A DNA stretch of 64,000 nt from NCBI GenBank assembly GCA_013265495.1, contig MU058781.1, positions 6,290,522-6,354,521 on the forward strand. The letters are read 5' to 3'. Both the position numbers and the translations under genes were made by a program. How positions within the stretch are numbered: the first letter of the stretch is position 1; each line of letters begins with the position of its first letter. Under the pieces are notes generated by a model. The model did not search any database. It saw only the letters and a list, made by a program, of their open reading frames with translations, and was not told the DNA's origin. This DNA is from Vicugna vicugna (lineage: Eukaryota). Positions 50,251-64,000 of the stretch are shown here, in pieces.

Positions 50251-50936
50251 TTTTTTTAAGTTTAACATTTTTATTGAGTTATAGTCATTTTACAATGTTG
50301 TGTCAAATTCCAGTGTAGAGCACAATTTTTCAGTTATACATGAGCATACATACATTCACTGACACATTCTCTTTCACTGTGAACCACCACAAGATCCTGT
50401 ATATATTTCCCTGTGCTACACGGTACAATCTTGTTTATCTATTCTACATCTTGAAATCCCAGTCTATCCTTTCCCACCCCCCAGCCCCCGGCAACCACAA
50501 ATTTGTATTCTATGTCTATGAGTCTGTTTCTGTTTTGTATTTATAGTTTTTTTTTTTGGATTCCACATATGAGCGACCTCATATGGTATTTTTCTTTCTC
50601 TTCTGGCTTACTTCACTTAGAATGACATTCTTCAGGAACATCCATGTTGCTGCAAATGGTGTTATGTTGTCAGTTTTTATGGCTGAATAGTATTCCATTG
50701 TATAAATATACCACATCTTCCTTATCCAGTCCTCTGTTGATGGACATTTAGGCTGTTTCCATGTCTTGGCTATTGTAAATAGCTGCTATGAACATTGGGG
50801 TGCAGGTGTCATTTCGAAATAGAGTTCCTTCTGGATATATGCCCAGGAGTGGGATTCCTGGGTCATATTGTAAGTCTATTCCTAGTCTTTTGAGGAATCT
50901 CCATACTGTTTTCCACAGTGGCTGCACCAAACTGCA
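50251..50936 (-). mobile_element. 5'-truncated young LINE-1 with 14-bp TSD
   Basis: TSD TCATTGTTTTTCTT at 50237-50250 and 50937-50950, followed by AA (endonuclease-type site); highly similar to 54026-54740; [23 protein letters not shown]…. Confidence 0.93.
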
Positions 50937-50954
50937 TCATTGTTTTTCTTAATT

Positions 50955-51410
50955 ATTCATCTGAAAAATATTTATTAAGTGTTTAATATGTGCTAGTCAT
51001 TGTTTTAGGCACTGGGAGCACAGGAGTAGAAAAACATACAGCTTTGATACTCATGGAACTTCCATTCTGGGAGCATAGAAGAACAAAAATAAACAAACAA
51101 GTGAACATACTATTCCAGGAGGTGAAAAAAGGAAAAGGGATTGAGAGTGATTGAGGTGGGAAGGGGGGGAGTGGCATCTTAGTTTCTCTCGATAAGATGA
51201 CATTTAAATAGGAAACAAAAAGACGTAAGGGAGTAAGCTATATAGGAAGATCCTTCCAGGCACAGGGAACTGCAAGTGCAAAGGCCCTGGGGCCAGAATG
51301 TGCTTGGTGCGTCTAAGGAAGAGAGAGGAAGAAAGTGTAGCTAGAGTGGAGAAAGTAAGGGAGAGAGTGGTAGGAGATGAGGTCAGGGAGGTAGCAGGGA
51401 GCAGCCAGAA
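50955..51410 (-). mobile_element. LINE-2 3' fragment
   Basis: aaatatttattaagtg…ttccaggcacagggaactgcaagtgcaaaggccctggggc…gtaggagatgaggtcaggg, typical antisense L2 text. Confidence 0.7.
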
Positions 51411-54025
51411 CATGTACAAGTTTACATACCCTTGTTCTCTGTTTAAATGTCATCTTATCAGAGAAGCTTCCCAGCCTAGCCAATCAAAAACCCTACCCTG
51501 TTTCTTTGTCATTACTTTTACCACCTATCTGAAAAGTGTATTTGCTTGCTTGTTTATTTCTGGTCTTCCATGCTCCCAGAATTTAAGCAGCAGGAGAATC
51601 AAAAGGATATGTTTTGAGGAGGGAGTTGAAAGTCTAAGATAAAAGTCTAGGAGAGTGGGAGAATTACGAGACACATGATAGGACTAACAAGCAGTTCTCA
51701 AGACCCACAAAAATTAATCATGGTGGTGAATTTAAAGCACTGTATCTTTTTAAAAAATATGCCAGTATTTAGAATGATCTTGTTTTTCTACCTGGAAAAA
51801 AAATATTCAGCTTCATGAACAAACAGGAGAGGTAAGGGGAAAAAAAGAAAAAGTCATGAAATTCCTAATGAAATGCTTTGGGTTGTCATCAAAATGATGT
51901 TGCCGAAAGTGTTCCAAGAGCCCCAAAGTCTGATACCTTAGCTCACTTCTCTGCTCCCAAGTTACCTTCCCACTTTCACATCATCTACCTGCTATTAGAC
52001 GTGAGTGTTGTCTTTGTAAATCTGGACCAAGGAATAGACCTTTCCACACTTACTATGTAAAGAAGCTGCCTTTACTTAGAGCTTTTTGGGTCTCTCTGTA
52101 TAAAGATGAGGGTTTGATTTGCCCCTTTCAGAAAGGAGCCACCTTGAAGTCAGAGACGGGCTTTGTTTCTAACTTGTCTAATTTATGCCTAAGTTTAGTT
52201 TTGCAAGAGTGGCAACTAACTTAAAAGGATAATATGACAGAAATTGTGTTCTCATCACTCGCTGAGAGAGAAGTGTAGTTGTCCCTGGAACACAGGTGAA
52301 CCACGTCAAGGTAACGTGCTGTCCTTCCGAGGACCTATCCCGGGTTGCCTTGCTCGTGAATGATATGGTTTTGGTGCCCCTGACCCCTGACAGTGTAGTA
52401 GATTATTGCCTTGAATTTCTTTGTGTGGAAGACTCAGCCCAGCATCAGTGATTAGCCCTTGGAGGTATGAAGTCTGAATAGATCCCCAAATCTCAGTGGC
52501 ATGTGATAACAAAGTCTGAATCTCGCTTGAGCGCCAAGTCCGTTGTGTTTGGCTGTCGTGCTGTTTCATGTCATCTTCACTCCGGGACCCAGGATACCCT
52601 AGGAGAGACTATCTGGAGTGTGGCTGGTGACAGAGGGAAAGGCATGCAGTAAAGTACAAAATCCTCTTAAATTTTTGCATGAACGTGATACACATCACTT
52701 CTTATACTTCATTGTCAGAAGCAAGTCTCTTGCCCAAGCATGACTTCAGTGGGTTGGGAAAGTAGAATTTCCTCCCAGGAAGGGCAAACTGTGATACAGT
52801 CTACCAAAGGAACCTCCCCCCATCTTCCCAGACAGAGTGCATCACTGCTTCCCCTGTTTTACCTCTAGAACTTCTGTACTTCTCTGCTATCACAGAGGGT
52901 GTTATAGATGTTTACCTGGCTGTCTCGTCGGCCAGACCAGGGACTCGTTGTGAAGATTAGTGCAGCCTTTTACTGCCTTGTCACTTACCCAGTGCCTGGG
53001 ACATAGATGTAGCTGCACTGTTGCATTAAATATTTTGAATGGATTGATTAAGATTGGATGAACTGAATAGATTTGGATAGATTGGATCAGATTGATGTAA
53101 AGCAGCATATTTGAATTCATGTGTTGGTCTGTGGTGTAAATAATTAAGCCTGAATTGAATATAGCATAACACAAAATTAACTTAGATGGGACTTTGAATG
53201 CAGAGAGTTCTTTGCTTAATGATGATGATTTACTGATGAGAAAATTAAAGGCTACTTAGAAGAGATGACTGGTCCCACATCACACATAGTCAGTTAAAAA
53301 ACCAGGTTTTCACTTTCCTAGTTTTATTCTCTTTCTGTCATAACTGGAAGCCCCTTTTAGGAAAATAATATTGCCACAACCTAGATATTTACTTGATTTT
53401 TATTTACACAATATATGTTCAAAGTGAAAATTTAAATAATACAAAAATAAGCAAAATCCACCCTCCCTATACCTTTTCTCCACCCCACCTCCAGACATGT
53501 AACCACTGTTGACACCTGCTTATGCACCTTCCAGAAATTTTCCGTCCATGCACAAGTTTACACGATTGGTTTTTACACAAATCATATGATACACAACCCC
53601 TTTGCTTTTTAAACTTAACAACACATCCCAAACATCTTTAGTATCAGCATATGTGAATCTACATTCATGTTTAGTGGCTACATGATATTCCGTTATGAAT
53701 ACTGCTATTTATGTAATTAGCTAGCCATTATACACATTTAAACATTTCATATATTTTAATGTTAAAAATGATGAATGATGTCACCTGTATGCTCAGACTC
53801 CCTAATTTACATCACAAGTCCTGACCTCTCCTCCAGACTCTCGTACTGTCCACTTCATGTCTTCACTTTTAATATCTAATAGGTATCAAAACTAAAATGG
53901 TCAGTAAGAGAATTTCCGTCTGTCCCCATCAATTTTTCCTTTCCTAATCTTCCACTTCTTGGTTAATGACGTCTCTATCCACCCAGTCACATAGACTAAA
54001 ATATTAGCAGCCATTCTTGTTTTCT

Positions 54026-55429
54026 TTTTTTTTAACATTTTTTATTGATTCATAATCATTTTACAATGTTGTGTCAAATTCCTGTGTTCAGCACAATTTT
54101 TCAGTCATTCATGGACATATACACACTCATTGTCACATTTTTTTCTCTGAGATTTATCATAACATTTTGTGTATATTTCCCTGTGCTATACAGTGTAATC
54201 TTGTTTATCTATTCTACAATTTTGAAATCCCAGTCTATCCCTTCCCAACCTCTACCCCCCTGGTAACCACAAGTCTGTATTCTCTGTCCATGAGTCTATT
54301 TCTGTCCTGTATTTATGCTTTGTTTTTGTTTGTTTGTTTGTTTTTGTTTTTGTTTTTTAGATTCCACATATGAGCGATCTCATGTGGTATTTTTCTTTCT
54401 CTTTCTGGCTTACTTCACTTAGAATGACATTCTCCAGGAGCATCCATGTTGCTGCAAATGGCATTATGTTGTCGGTTTTTATGGCTGAGTAGTATTCCAT
54501 TGTATAAATATACCACCTCTTCTTTATCCAGTCACCTGTTGATGGACATTTAGGCTGTTTCCATGTTTTGGCTATTGTAAATAGTGCTGCTATGAACATT
54601 GGGGTGCAGGTGTCATCCTGAAGTAGATTTCCTTCTGGATACAAGCCCAGGAGTGGGATTCCTGGGTCATATGGTAAGTCTATTCCTAGTCTTTTGAGGA
54701 ATCTCCACACTGTTTTCCACAGTGGCTGCACCAAACTGCATTCCCACCAGCAGTGTAGGAGGGTTCCCCTTTCTACACAGCCTCTCCAGCATTTGTCATT
54801 TGTGGATTTTTGAATGACAGCCATTCTGACTGGTGTGAGGTGATACCTCATTGTAGTTTTGATTTGCATTTCTCTGATAATTAGTGATATTGAGCATTTT
54901 TTCATGTGCTTTTTGATCATTTGTATGTCTTCCTTGGAGAATTGCTTGTTTAGGTCTTCTGCCCATTTTTGGATTGGGTTGTTTATTTTTTTCTTATTGA
55001 GTCGTATGAGCTGCTTATATATTTTGGAGATCAAGCCTTTGTCGGTTTCACTTGCAAAAATTTTCTCCCATTCCGTAGGTTTTCTTCTTGTTTTATTTCT
55101 GGTTTCCTTTGCTCTGCAGAAGCTTGTAAGTTTCATTAGGTCCCATTTGTTTATTCTTGCTTTTATTTCTTCTAGGAGAAAATTTTTGAAATGTATGTCA
55201 GATAATGTTTTGCCTATGTTTTCCTCTAGGAGGTTTATTGTATCTTGTCTTATGTTTAAGTCTTTAATCCATTTTGAGTTGATTTTTGTATATGGTGTAA
55301 GGGTGTGTTCTAGCTTCATTGTTTTACATGCTGCTGTCCAGTTTTCCCAACACCATTTGCTGAAGAGACTGTCTTTATTCCATTGTATATTCTTGCCTCC
55401 TTTGTCGAAGATGAGTTGACCAAAAGTCT
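54026..55429 (-). mobile_element. 5'-truncated young LINE-1 with an open ORF2 C-terminal frame and 16-bp TSD
   Basis: ORF 54357-55319(-), 320 aa, includes the Cys-rich motif [37 protein letters not shown] at 54010-54025 and 55430-55445; poly-A tail. Confidence 0.96.
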
Positions 55430-56124
55430 GCCATTCTTGTTTTCTGTCTTTTCTTCAACCCATATCCAATTTCTCATTGGCTCCCGCTCCAAAATATATC
55501 ACGAATTCAGCCACTTTCCCTGATCGCATTGCTGTTACTCTAGGCGAAAGTCTTATGATGCCTCACTTGGTTTACCACAGTAGCCTCCTAGCTGGTTCCC
55601 CTGCTTCCCCCTTGACCCTTTTTGTCCATTCACATTCACCACAAAGTAGCTAGAGTGATCTGTGGTTGTTTTTATTATCAAACAGCAATATATATATATA
55701 TATGTATATATACATCTGTGTGGATATATATGTATGTATGTATATGCTAAGAATCAAATTATGTATATTTAGGCATTTATATATTTATTATATATAGTTT
55801 AAAATATTTATTATTAATGGAATTTATATATTGTATATGTACATTGTATATATATTCATATACAATATATAAATTCTATGTTAATAGTGATAAAAAACAC
55901 CAAATACACCCATCACCCAGGTTAGGAAAGAGAATATTATCAATAAATTATTTTGAAGCCCCCTGTAAGCTCTTCCTCAGTCATGTCCCTCTTTCTTCTC
56001 CCAAAGGTAGCCATTCTCTTGAATTTTATGTTCCTAATTTGCCTTTCTTTTTACTGTTTTTACCACCCATGTACATCTTCCTACCTAGTAGAATAACTGA
56101 TGCTCAATAAGATTTCTGGTTCTC

Positions 56125-56147
56125 AAACTTAACCCACAAAAAAAAAA
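56125..56147 (+). mobile_element. 23-bp poly-A-tailed retro-insertion with 16-bp TSD
   Basis: AAGATTTCTGGTTCTC (56109-56124) + aaacttaacccac(A)10 + AAGATTTCTGGTTCTC (56148-56163). Confidence 0.75.
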
Positions 56148-57439
56148 AAGATTTCTGGTTCTCCTCAACTTTTGGATACTCACAACCTTTGTATTAGGCA
56201 TAATTGTCAAACTGATTTGGTCAGTGAAAATGTGAGCAGAAGTGACACATCTGGAAATGTACTTATTTCACACTCATTCCTGAAATATAGTTTCATAATG
56301 CATTTTGTTCTGGGCTTACAGTTGTGTTCTAGAAACATTTAGGATAGTTTTCCATTGTCTTCTGACTTCTAAGGTTGCTGGGGAAAAGTCACCTATAAGT
56401 CTAATTGCCACTTCTCTGTGGCAATCCATCCTTTTCTCTTTGACTGCTTTAAAAAGTTCTTTTCTTGTGGCTTTCTGCAACTTTACTTTGATATGCTGAG
56501 GGTTAGGTTTCTTTTTGTTTACCCTACTTGTAATTTTTTTGGGAATCCTGAGTCAAAGAATTGATATCTTTTAATAATTCTCAGTTCTCAGCATGTATCT
56601 TAAACTATTTCCTCCTCCCAGTCTCTCTGCCCATTTCCAAAACTCTAATTTGATGTATGTTGGACCTTCTCTCTTTATCTTCCTCACCTCTTGACCTCTT
56701 TTCATATTATCTATCTCTTAGTCTCTCTGAGCTGCAGTTTGCATGTCTTCTAAGTAACAAATACTCCCCTCAATTCGGTCTAATCTACTCATCACTTCAT
56801 CCATTGAGTTTTAAAATTCTATTATCCTTTTTATTTCTAGATGCCTTTTTATCTAACTTACTTGATAAAAGCTTTTAGCTTCTTGTTCTTCACTCATTAT
56901 TGCAAGCCTCTCATACTTCTTTAAATACATTTAACATCAAATATTTTCTGTGTAATAATTCAAATACCCTGTTTCTGTGATCTGGTTTTTTCTGCTGATT
57001 CTCACTCATGAACTCTTGTTTCCTTACATTCTGAGAGATTTTTGTTTATGGGCTCAATATCCTTAAAACTCTACCTAAGTGATCCTTCAGCCCTGGGTTG
57101 AACCAGCATTCTTCTTGCATTTGTTTCTTCCAGATGCCTTATGGGCACTAACAACCTAGGACCATTTAAATTAAATTCTTCCTTTGGGATAATATGAATT
57201 ATTTTTTGCTTTCCATTTACTGTTAAAGTCAAGACAGTCACATTTCCATACTCTTTTCTCCTTCCACGATTTTGTTCCAAAAAGTTTCATTTCTCTATAT
57301 TTGTTTTATCACATATCTATCTATGTGATATTCACCCCTTTATCTATACATCACTCCATTATGTTTTTTTATGTATCTGGAAGTACATGTTGCCCCTAAG
57401 CACTTCAGCATATTATGCATCATTAATTAAGTCAATATT

Positions 57440-58040
57440 TGTTTAGAGTTCTTCCTTTTTGGAGGATAAAATTTAAAGGAAATGAAATGCACCAATTTAA
57501 ATTTTGCTGTTTATAAGTTTTAATCCTATCAAGATATAGAACATTGACGCAGCACCAGAAAATTTTCTCATGCCTTTTTTCAGCTCTAACTCCAACCCTA
57601 GTGGTATCAGTTGTTCGGATGTTTCCCTCCTCAGGTAAGTTTAGGTTGCTCTAGAATTTCATATAAATAGGACCAACTGTGCTCCTTTGTGTGAGGCTTC
57701 TTTCACGTAACATAATGTTTTCAAGATTTATTGGTGTTGTTAAATGTACCATTAGTTTGTTCCTTTTATTGTTAGCTAGTATTCTATTGTATACATATAC
57801 CACAATTTGTTTATCCATTCTTGGGTCAATGAACACTTGTACTATTTCCAGTTTGGGGCTGTTGTAAACAAAGCTTCTATGAACATTTCCATACAAGTCA
57901 ATTTTTGGACATATGTTTTCCTTTCTCTTGGGTAAAGACCTCAGGGGTAGAAATTGCTGGGTTCTAGGATAGGATTATGCTTAGTTTTATAAGAAACAGC
58001 CAGACCATCTTCCAAAGTTGTTATACTACAACACTGTAAG
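57440..58040 (-). mobile_element. Ancient LINE-1 (L1ME/MD-like) 3' end
   Basis: tataccacaatttgtttatccattct…tttccagtttggggct…gaaattgctgggt…ttccaaagttgttatac. Confidence 0.7.
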
Positions 58041-58469
58041 AGAGTGCTTGCTTTCTCTTTGTGCACTGTGATTTGATTTCTTGTTCGCTTTCTTAAGATT
58101 CATCCTTTTGGGATCTGAGCTTTATGTAGCAGCTCCCTATAACACTCCAGCTTGAATAGACACTAGACTTCATCCCCTCCTGCGTGCTCTCAGCGTTGAT
58201 CAAAACAGAGATTAAAGTTCACCAAAACGGAGCCAACACCCTTAGGATAAAAGCCAATTTCAGGGATGTATCAACTAGGATTCCTCGTTTTATTTCATTT
58301 TGGCATCTGCGAGCTCCTTACTTATTTGCAAAATCTTTAAAGCATTAAACATATAAAATTATCCCGAATTTTTAGTTGTTTTTAATGGGAGAGATTCATT
58401 TCACACTTTGATCGGATTAGATTTCATTTCGGAAATCTAGTCTGCCATGCTATCATAATTGGAAAGCTT

Positions 58470-59030
58470 CAGAATACACTTTTAAAAATGTAAATCAGAT
58501 CACATCACACCTCTGATTAAAATTTTCCAATGGTTTCATACGGCACTTGGAACAAAACTTCAACTTCCTATTTTGATCTTCAAGGCCCTGCATTATGTGA
58601 CCTGTGCTTACCTCCATGATTTCATCTTAAAACATCCTGCTGCACTGGGCCTTCTTTCTTGTCCTCAAACACACCCAACTTTTCTCCATCTGAGGATACT
58701 GCTGACTCCTCCACCTGGCTGCCTCTTTTTTTGTCTTTAATGTCTCAGAGAGACATTTCAGACTTTGCTATCCGAAGGAGCCCCCTTCACTACTGATCTT
58801 TATCCCAGCATTCGTATTATTTTCTCATAGCTCTTATCACCATAAGAAATCGTATTATTATTTACTTATTTATTTACTCATTGCCCATCTTACCCTGTCA
58901 GAGAATGTAAATTCCACGAGAGCAGAAACTGTGTCTCTTTTGTTTACTGCTGTTTTCCAATGCCCAAAACTAAAAGAGTACTTAGAACCTAGAAACACTC
59001 AATGAGGAGTTGTTAAATGAATGAACAAAT
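58470..59030 (+). mobile_element. LINE-2 3' end
   Basis: aaaatgtaaatcagatcac…gaatgtaaattccacgagagcag…tgttaaatgaatgaa tail. Confidence 0.65.
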
Positions 59031-62000
59031 GCGGTCTGCAGGGATGAACCTTCAGCTGTTTACTGTAAATGTAGCCATGCCTGAATATGTAAATATTAAA
59101 AATTAAAAATTGAAATATAGTCAGTTTACAATGTGTCCATTTCTGGTGTACAGCATAAAGTTTCAGTCATACATGTACATACATATATTCATTTTCATAT
59201 TCTTTTTCATTATAGGTTACTACAAGATATTGAAATTTACCATAAAAAACTGATTTCCTTTTATTTCTCCTTTTGTGTTATTTGGATTCTTAAGAAATTT
59301 ATGTGCATATTATCTAGGCAGGGGGATTACTATTTTGTTGTATAAAGGAGGTTCTGGTTTTCAAAGGGTTGAGAACCATTGTGTTAAGTGCTTAAGATTC
59401 TCTACAGTCTAAGCACCAGACCCATATTTGTCCAGTGTTCTCATAAATATTTCGCCCTCAGACATTGCATCGCATTCTAAATGTGTCCAAAGCAAATCTC
59501 ATCATCTGGCTCCACAAAACTTCCTCCCTCTGCTTGGTTCCCAAGTATTATTCTCTTGCTCACCACGGCCCCAGCTCCACCGTCATTTAATCAGTCATCA
59601 AGTATTGTTCTTCTACATCCTTGACATCACTTACGACTATATTCCTTTCCATCCTCTGTACCATGCCTTAGTTAAAATGCTCATCATCTTACCCCCGGAA
59701 CCTTGAAACATTCTCCTTTTGAGTCTTCTCGCCACCTTTCAATCACTCTTATTCATAGACTGTATAAATATCAATCATATTATGGATATTGAATAACAAA
59801 GAGGTTACTGTGCATGACATTGACCTTACTACAAAATTCCTACTAAACACAGTGATCTTTCTAAAGTTTCAAATCTGATCATATCCCTGGTGCCACATTG
59901 CCTACCAGAGAAATCCACCCCCGCATCATGGCTAAACCGTTCTGTGCAGACAGACTCCATCTCAGTTCTTTAGCCTCTTCCCCATCTCCATCCATGCCCC
60001 TATTCTCCAGCTGCAGGTCTCAAAACATGTTCTTATGTGTCTGAGTGGATTTGGACCTATTTCCTCAGCCGGAGTCATTCCTGCCCCATCTTCTTTGGCA
60101 TGCTGTTGAAATCTATAATCATCCTCCAAAACTTAGCTCAGACATCACTTGCACTGTGGAGCTTTTCCTCATCTCACCAGGCTGGATTGCCTGGGTCTGA
60201 AAAGGCCTGAAATCTTCTCCCACATGTACCGTGGTTCCTCATGTACATCCCCCAACTATAACGCCAGCACCTCATAAAGTCACAACCAGCCCCCTGTTCG
60301 TAAGAGACCAGACACATAAGAGATAGGTAACAAGCATCCCCTGAGCAGACTAATGAATCTTGCGCTTGTGTGGTATATTTCTTCTAAGGTGTCTCATTTC
60401 TAACCTCTGGTTTATGAGCTTGAATTCATATTTCCCCATAATAACTCCCCATGGTATTTGAGGCTTCTTTTATAGGTCCATAGAGTGAGATTTAATTAAA
60501 CTATACTTACTCAATGTAATGACTGCATATCTGCCGCAGGCAAAGCAAACTGGGCTTGAAAATAAACAAACACACACAATACAGAATCTGCAGTGCTGGG
60601 CCGCTCACAATATTGTGAGGACGGGATGGTATCATAGGATTTTACAGCTGGAAGAGACTTTTGAACTTTAATCCAGTGCATCATTTTCAGGAGAGGAAAC
60701 TGAAGGAGGAGGAGCCTCGAAGGCAGGTTGTAGTCGCACTAGACTAGAACCACAATTTCCTAGTAGGAAGAGCACAGCACACACACAAACACGGGGCACA
60801 GGAGAACAGTGTCTGTGCAGGGAACGTTCATGTTTAGCCAGTAAGTGACACTTATTTAAAAAGTTGGGAACACTTAGTAAAATGATGAGACCATTGTAAA
60901 GCCTTGGACAAGAAATTTGGACTCTGTGCCTCAGTTTCCTCATTTATAAAACAGGGATAATAACGGCTATCTTCCAGAGTGTTGTGGGAACTATAAATGA
61001 TGCCTGTGAAACACTCTCCCTGGCTACGGCTGCTTTGGCTGCGAGCAACCTAGAACCCAATCTGTAGCACCTCAAACAAATAAGCGTTGGTTTTTTTTTT
61101 TTTATATTAAAAGCCTGATGGTAGGTAGTTGCTGGCCTGAATCCATTGGCTTGCATGCATCCCTGACTGTTTCTTGGTCTTTTCTCTATGTTTGTAGCCT
61201 CCTGGTGGCCACATAACTGTTAAAGGTCCTGATGTCATGACTGTATTTAAGACAGGAATGAGGGGGAAAGGAGAAAGGCTCTGCCAGGACATCTATCCCT
61301 TGTTATAGGGAAGCACGTGCACCTAGAAGTGCCCAGCAGATCTCTGCCTGTCTCATGTGCTGTCATGTCACCATCCCTAGTTATAGACAAAAAGCTACAA
61401 AAGCAGCTGTTCGGCTTCTAAACCTCTGTACCAGGAATGTCAGGAGAAAGGGAGGGGGAGGAGCTTTTCAGTAGAACAGAAACTTCCACAGGGGCCTACC
61501 GTAGAAGAGGCTTCGTAATGGGCAGTTACTGAAATTTTAAAAAAATCTTGGAGGTTTGCTCTGAATCTATGCAGTCGTCCTGACCTCTGTGCCCTTCAGC
61601 AATGAACTTCACCTTACAAAGAGTAAACAATGAAGTATTGGCTGGTTTTGGTGTGTGGTCTGTGCCTCCACTGCATCACATCTTGTATATTTCTTGAGAT
61701 TGTCCTGGGATTATGGTAATTTAGTGACGTGGGTCATGAACTCCATGATTTTGGCATTAGGCTTCAAGGTAAAAATCCAATATTAAGCTGGCCTTTATAT
61801 CTATTTTTTAACACTTTGGATTCAGAGGTAAAGGAGACTTGATGAAACCCCAAAACACACTGAAGATTGTGAAATAACGAAAATGTAAGTGGAAGCATGA
61901 AGGATCAGTGCGTTCTTTATCATCCTTAACAGCTTAAATCAAATGACTGACTATTCTCAGAGTCAAAAATAATTCAGGATTTAATTGGCAAGGGTATTTT

Positions 62001-62459
62001 AAGGTTCTGTCTTTTTCTATTTTTCTCCTGCTTTGGTGGAGCTATGAATTATGTTGCAGGCACTGAGCATCTTGAAATAGTAGTTACTAAGACAACGTCT
62101 TGGATTAAGAATTAATTGGACTTTAAAAAATTCTCCTGTATGCACAAACACATCAGCACTGTGCTTCTCACTTTGTCTTGGCACACGTCTTCCTAAGAGG
62201 AGACCATAGTTTTTAGATTCTGAGGGTTAACGTTTTCACACCTCCATAAGTAAGTAGAATCCTTTTAACATGATAGAGGATCTTCTTCCCAAGGGAACAC
62301 TGCTCACTACACATAAGAGTCATATTATATGTTTAGTAGGTCTCCAGGCTGGCTTCCACCAAATTACAGTAAATAGCTACTATTTTTTAAAAGCTGATTC
62401 CAGGGTTCCCATGATTATTTGTCAATGCTGCCTAGACTTGTTTACTATTCGCTTTTCTT

Positions 62460-62850
62460 AATTTCTTTGCATCTATACTTCTCTTGAGTTCTCTGAACAT
62501 CTTCACCATCATCATTTTAAACTTTCTCAGATAAATTGCCTATTTCCTCATCACTTATTTCTTCTTCTGGGATTTTCTCTTGTATCTTGTCCTGGAGGAT
62601 ATTCCTCTGCCACCTGATTTTGTCTGTCTTTCATTTTGTGTTTTTAGATGGGCTAGTTATGATTCTCCACCTCGGAGAAGTGGCCCTCTGTGGGAGGTGT
62701 CCTTTGAGTCCCAACAGTACACTCCTCTCTTGTCGCCCAAGGGGCAGGGTCGAGCTGGTTCCGGGGTAGAGTCTGGCCTGTGTTTGTGGATTCCTTCCAC
62801 AGGCTTGGGGCTATTGTTTTCTTATGTCTGGTATCTGCCCCCTCTGCTTT
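62460..62850 (-). mobile_element. LINE-1 5'/ORF1-proximal fragment, antisense
   Basis: ctctgaacatcttcaccatcatcattttaaact…attgcctatttcctc…ctctgccacctgattttgtct resembles antisense L1 5' regions. Confidence 0.45.
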
Positions 62851-64000
62851 TCTTAATTTCTTATTGTGAGCACATGAATTTCCTCTCAAGCGGTAAATTA
62901 GGCGTCTTGAATTTGCGCTATGTAAGAACCGGCAGGTGCTACTGATGATATGGACTAAGGATTCCAGCAGAATGTTTCTGTTCCCTATGAAGTATAAGCC
63001 TCCCTGCAGACACAGAAGGTTAGGGGCGGAAGGCAGTGTAAAGAACCCACAACTCAACCTACTTGTGTTATTCATAGAGAATCAAAGCACAGATGAGCTA
63101 AGTCACTTGCCCAGGACCGTAAGCTAGTGGCAGAGGTAAAATGAAGTCCCAGGTCTTCATAAGCTTGAAACTCCTTCGCATCATTTTATGCAGATAATAT
63201 GCCAATGTTTCCTCTCCCCATCAGCTTCATTCTCTGCCTCTGGGCGGAGTGTCTGGCACTGTACTGAGTGCTAGGGATACAAAAGGGATCATTGGGATAT
63301 GACCTTGCCCTTAAAGGGCTCATAATATTTAGAGTCTTTGAGAGGAATGAGAAAAATAGGAAAGCCCTGATTTAAGTAGCGTCATTTCTGCCCGTGTGAG
63401 AGAGAGAACAGAATGATGGTGGTGATTTACATTAAATGAACCCTCTTCTCTTACTGATTCTGTCTTCTCTAAACAGTCTTTCTCCAAAAGCCATATAATG
63501 GCTTTGTGTCCAGCAAAATGAGAAAAGAACTCTTGGCCCAGCTGTTTACCTCTTTGGGCATCTCAATGTCTTTATCTATAAATAAGGGTGATGACAGTGC
63601 TGTGACAGTAGTAACACAGAACCTCTAATGCGTACATTAAGGAGAGAACTTACTATACACCAGGTGGCCTTCAGAGGATCTGATTTCCCTCTTATATTTA
63701 TCCTGCCCAGTTTTTCCTCCCTCCAACAATTTGCCTTTCAAGGCTACAAGAAAGTTTTCCTCAATAGCCTTCCTTTTATGCTTCTTGGATCTGGTGACTC
63801 CCAAAGTTGTTCGCAAAGCAAAATCCTTAGAAATTTGCGAGAGTGGCATGTGGGGTAGGGGTAGGGGTGATGACAGTAGGATTAGGGAGAGGGGAAGAAA
63901 GTTGTAGCAGAAGCCACTGCAGGCTCCTCAGCCACGGTTGAAGTGTGACTGCCAGCTCTTCAATCCAGGCCCACTCTAGAGCAGACAACTGAATAAAGAG

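Noticed and set aside
54859..55419. 186-aa hydrophobic ORF (and similar ORFs at 18229-18615 and 18805-19098)
   Set aside because: Antisense reading of L1 ORF2, a common artefact.
60604..60619. Perfect 16-bp palindrome CTCACAATATTGTGAG, superficially like a lac operator half-site
   Set aside because: An 8-bp-arm palindrome is expected about once in 64 kb; no vector or bacterial sequence nearby.
1..64000. Prokaryote-type systems (CRISPR arrays, operons, defence islands) or a second host gene
   Set aside because: No regularly spaced repeats or gene-dense tracts; the sequence is intron-containing mammalian DNA, and no other recognisable coding exons were seen.

Overview
Mammalian genomic DNA, probably camelid (three copies of a short tRNA-derived SINE resembling camelid Vic-1). 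The only protein-coding gene I can support is RBM24 on the + strand: four coding exons (27555-27722, 28801-28924, 30421-30475, 37038-37401; 711 nt, 236 aa), a CpG-island promoter at about 26.4-28.2 kb and a 3' UTR of about 1.8 kb ending near ATTAAA at 39161. The flanks are ordinary intergenic DNA made largely of LINE-1, L2/MIR, MaLR/ERVL, Tigger and SINE remnants; several insertions have clear target-site duplications (TSDs). I see no new multi-gene system. The best leads are regulatory hypotheses inside RBM24: (i) a GU-rich exon 2 acceptor with a competing upstream AG that gives an immediate stop, (ii) a candidate alternative or poison exon in intron 3 next to RBFOX and GU-rich motifs, (iii) an open in-frame RS-dipeptide-rich N-terminal extension reachable only from non-AUG codons, and (iv) upstream donors that could yield an isoform lacking most of the RRM. 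Repeat family names and the boundaries of old repeats are by eye and approximate.
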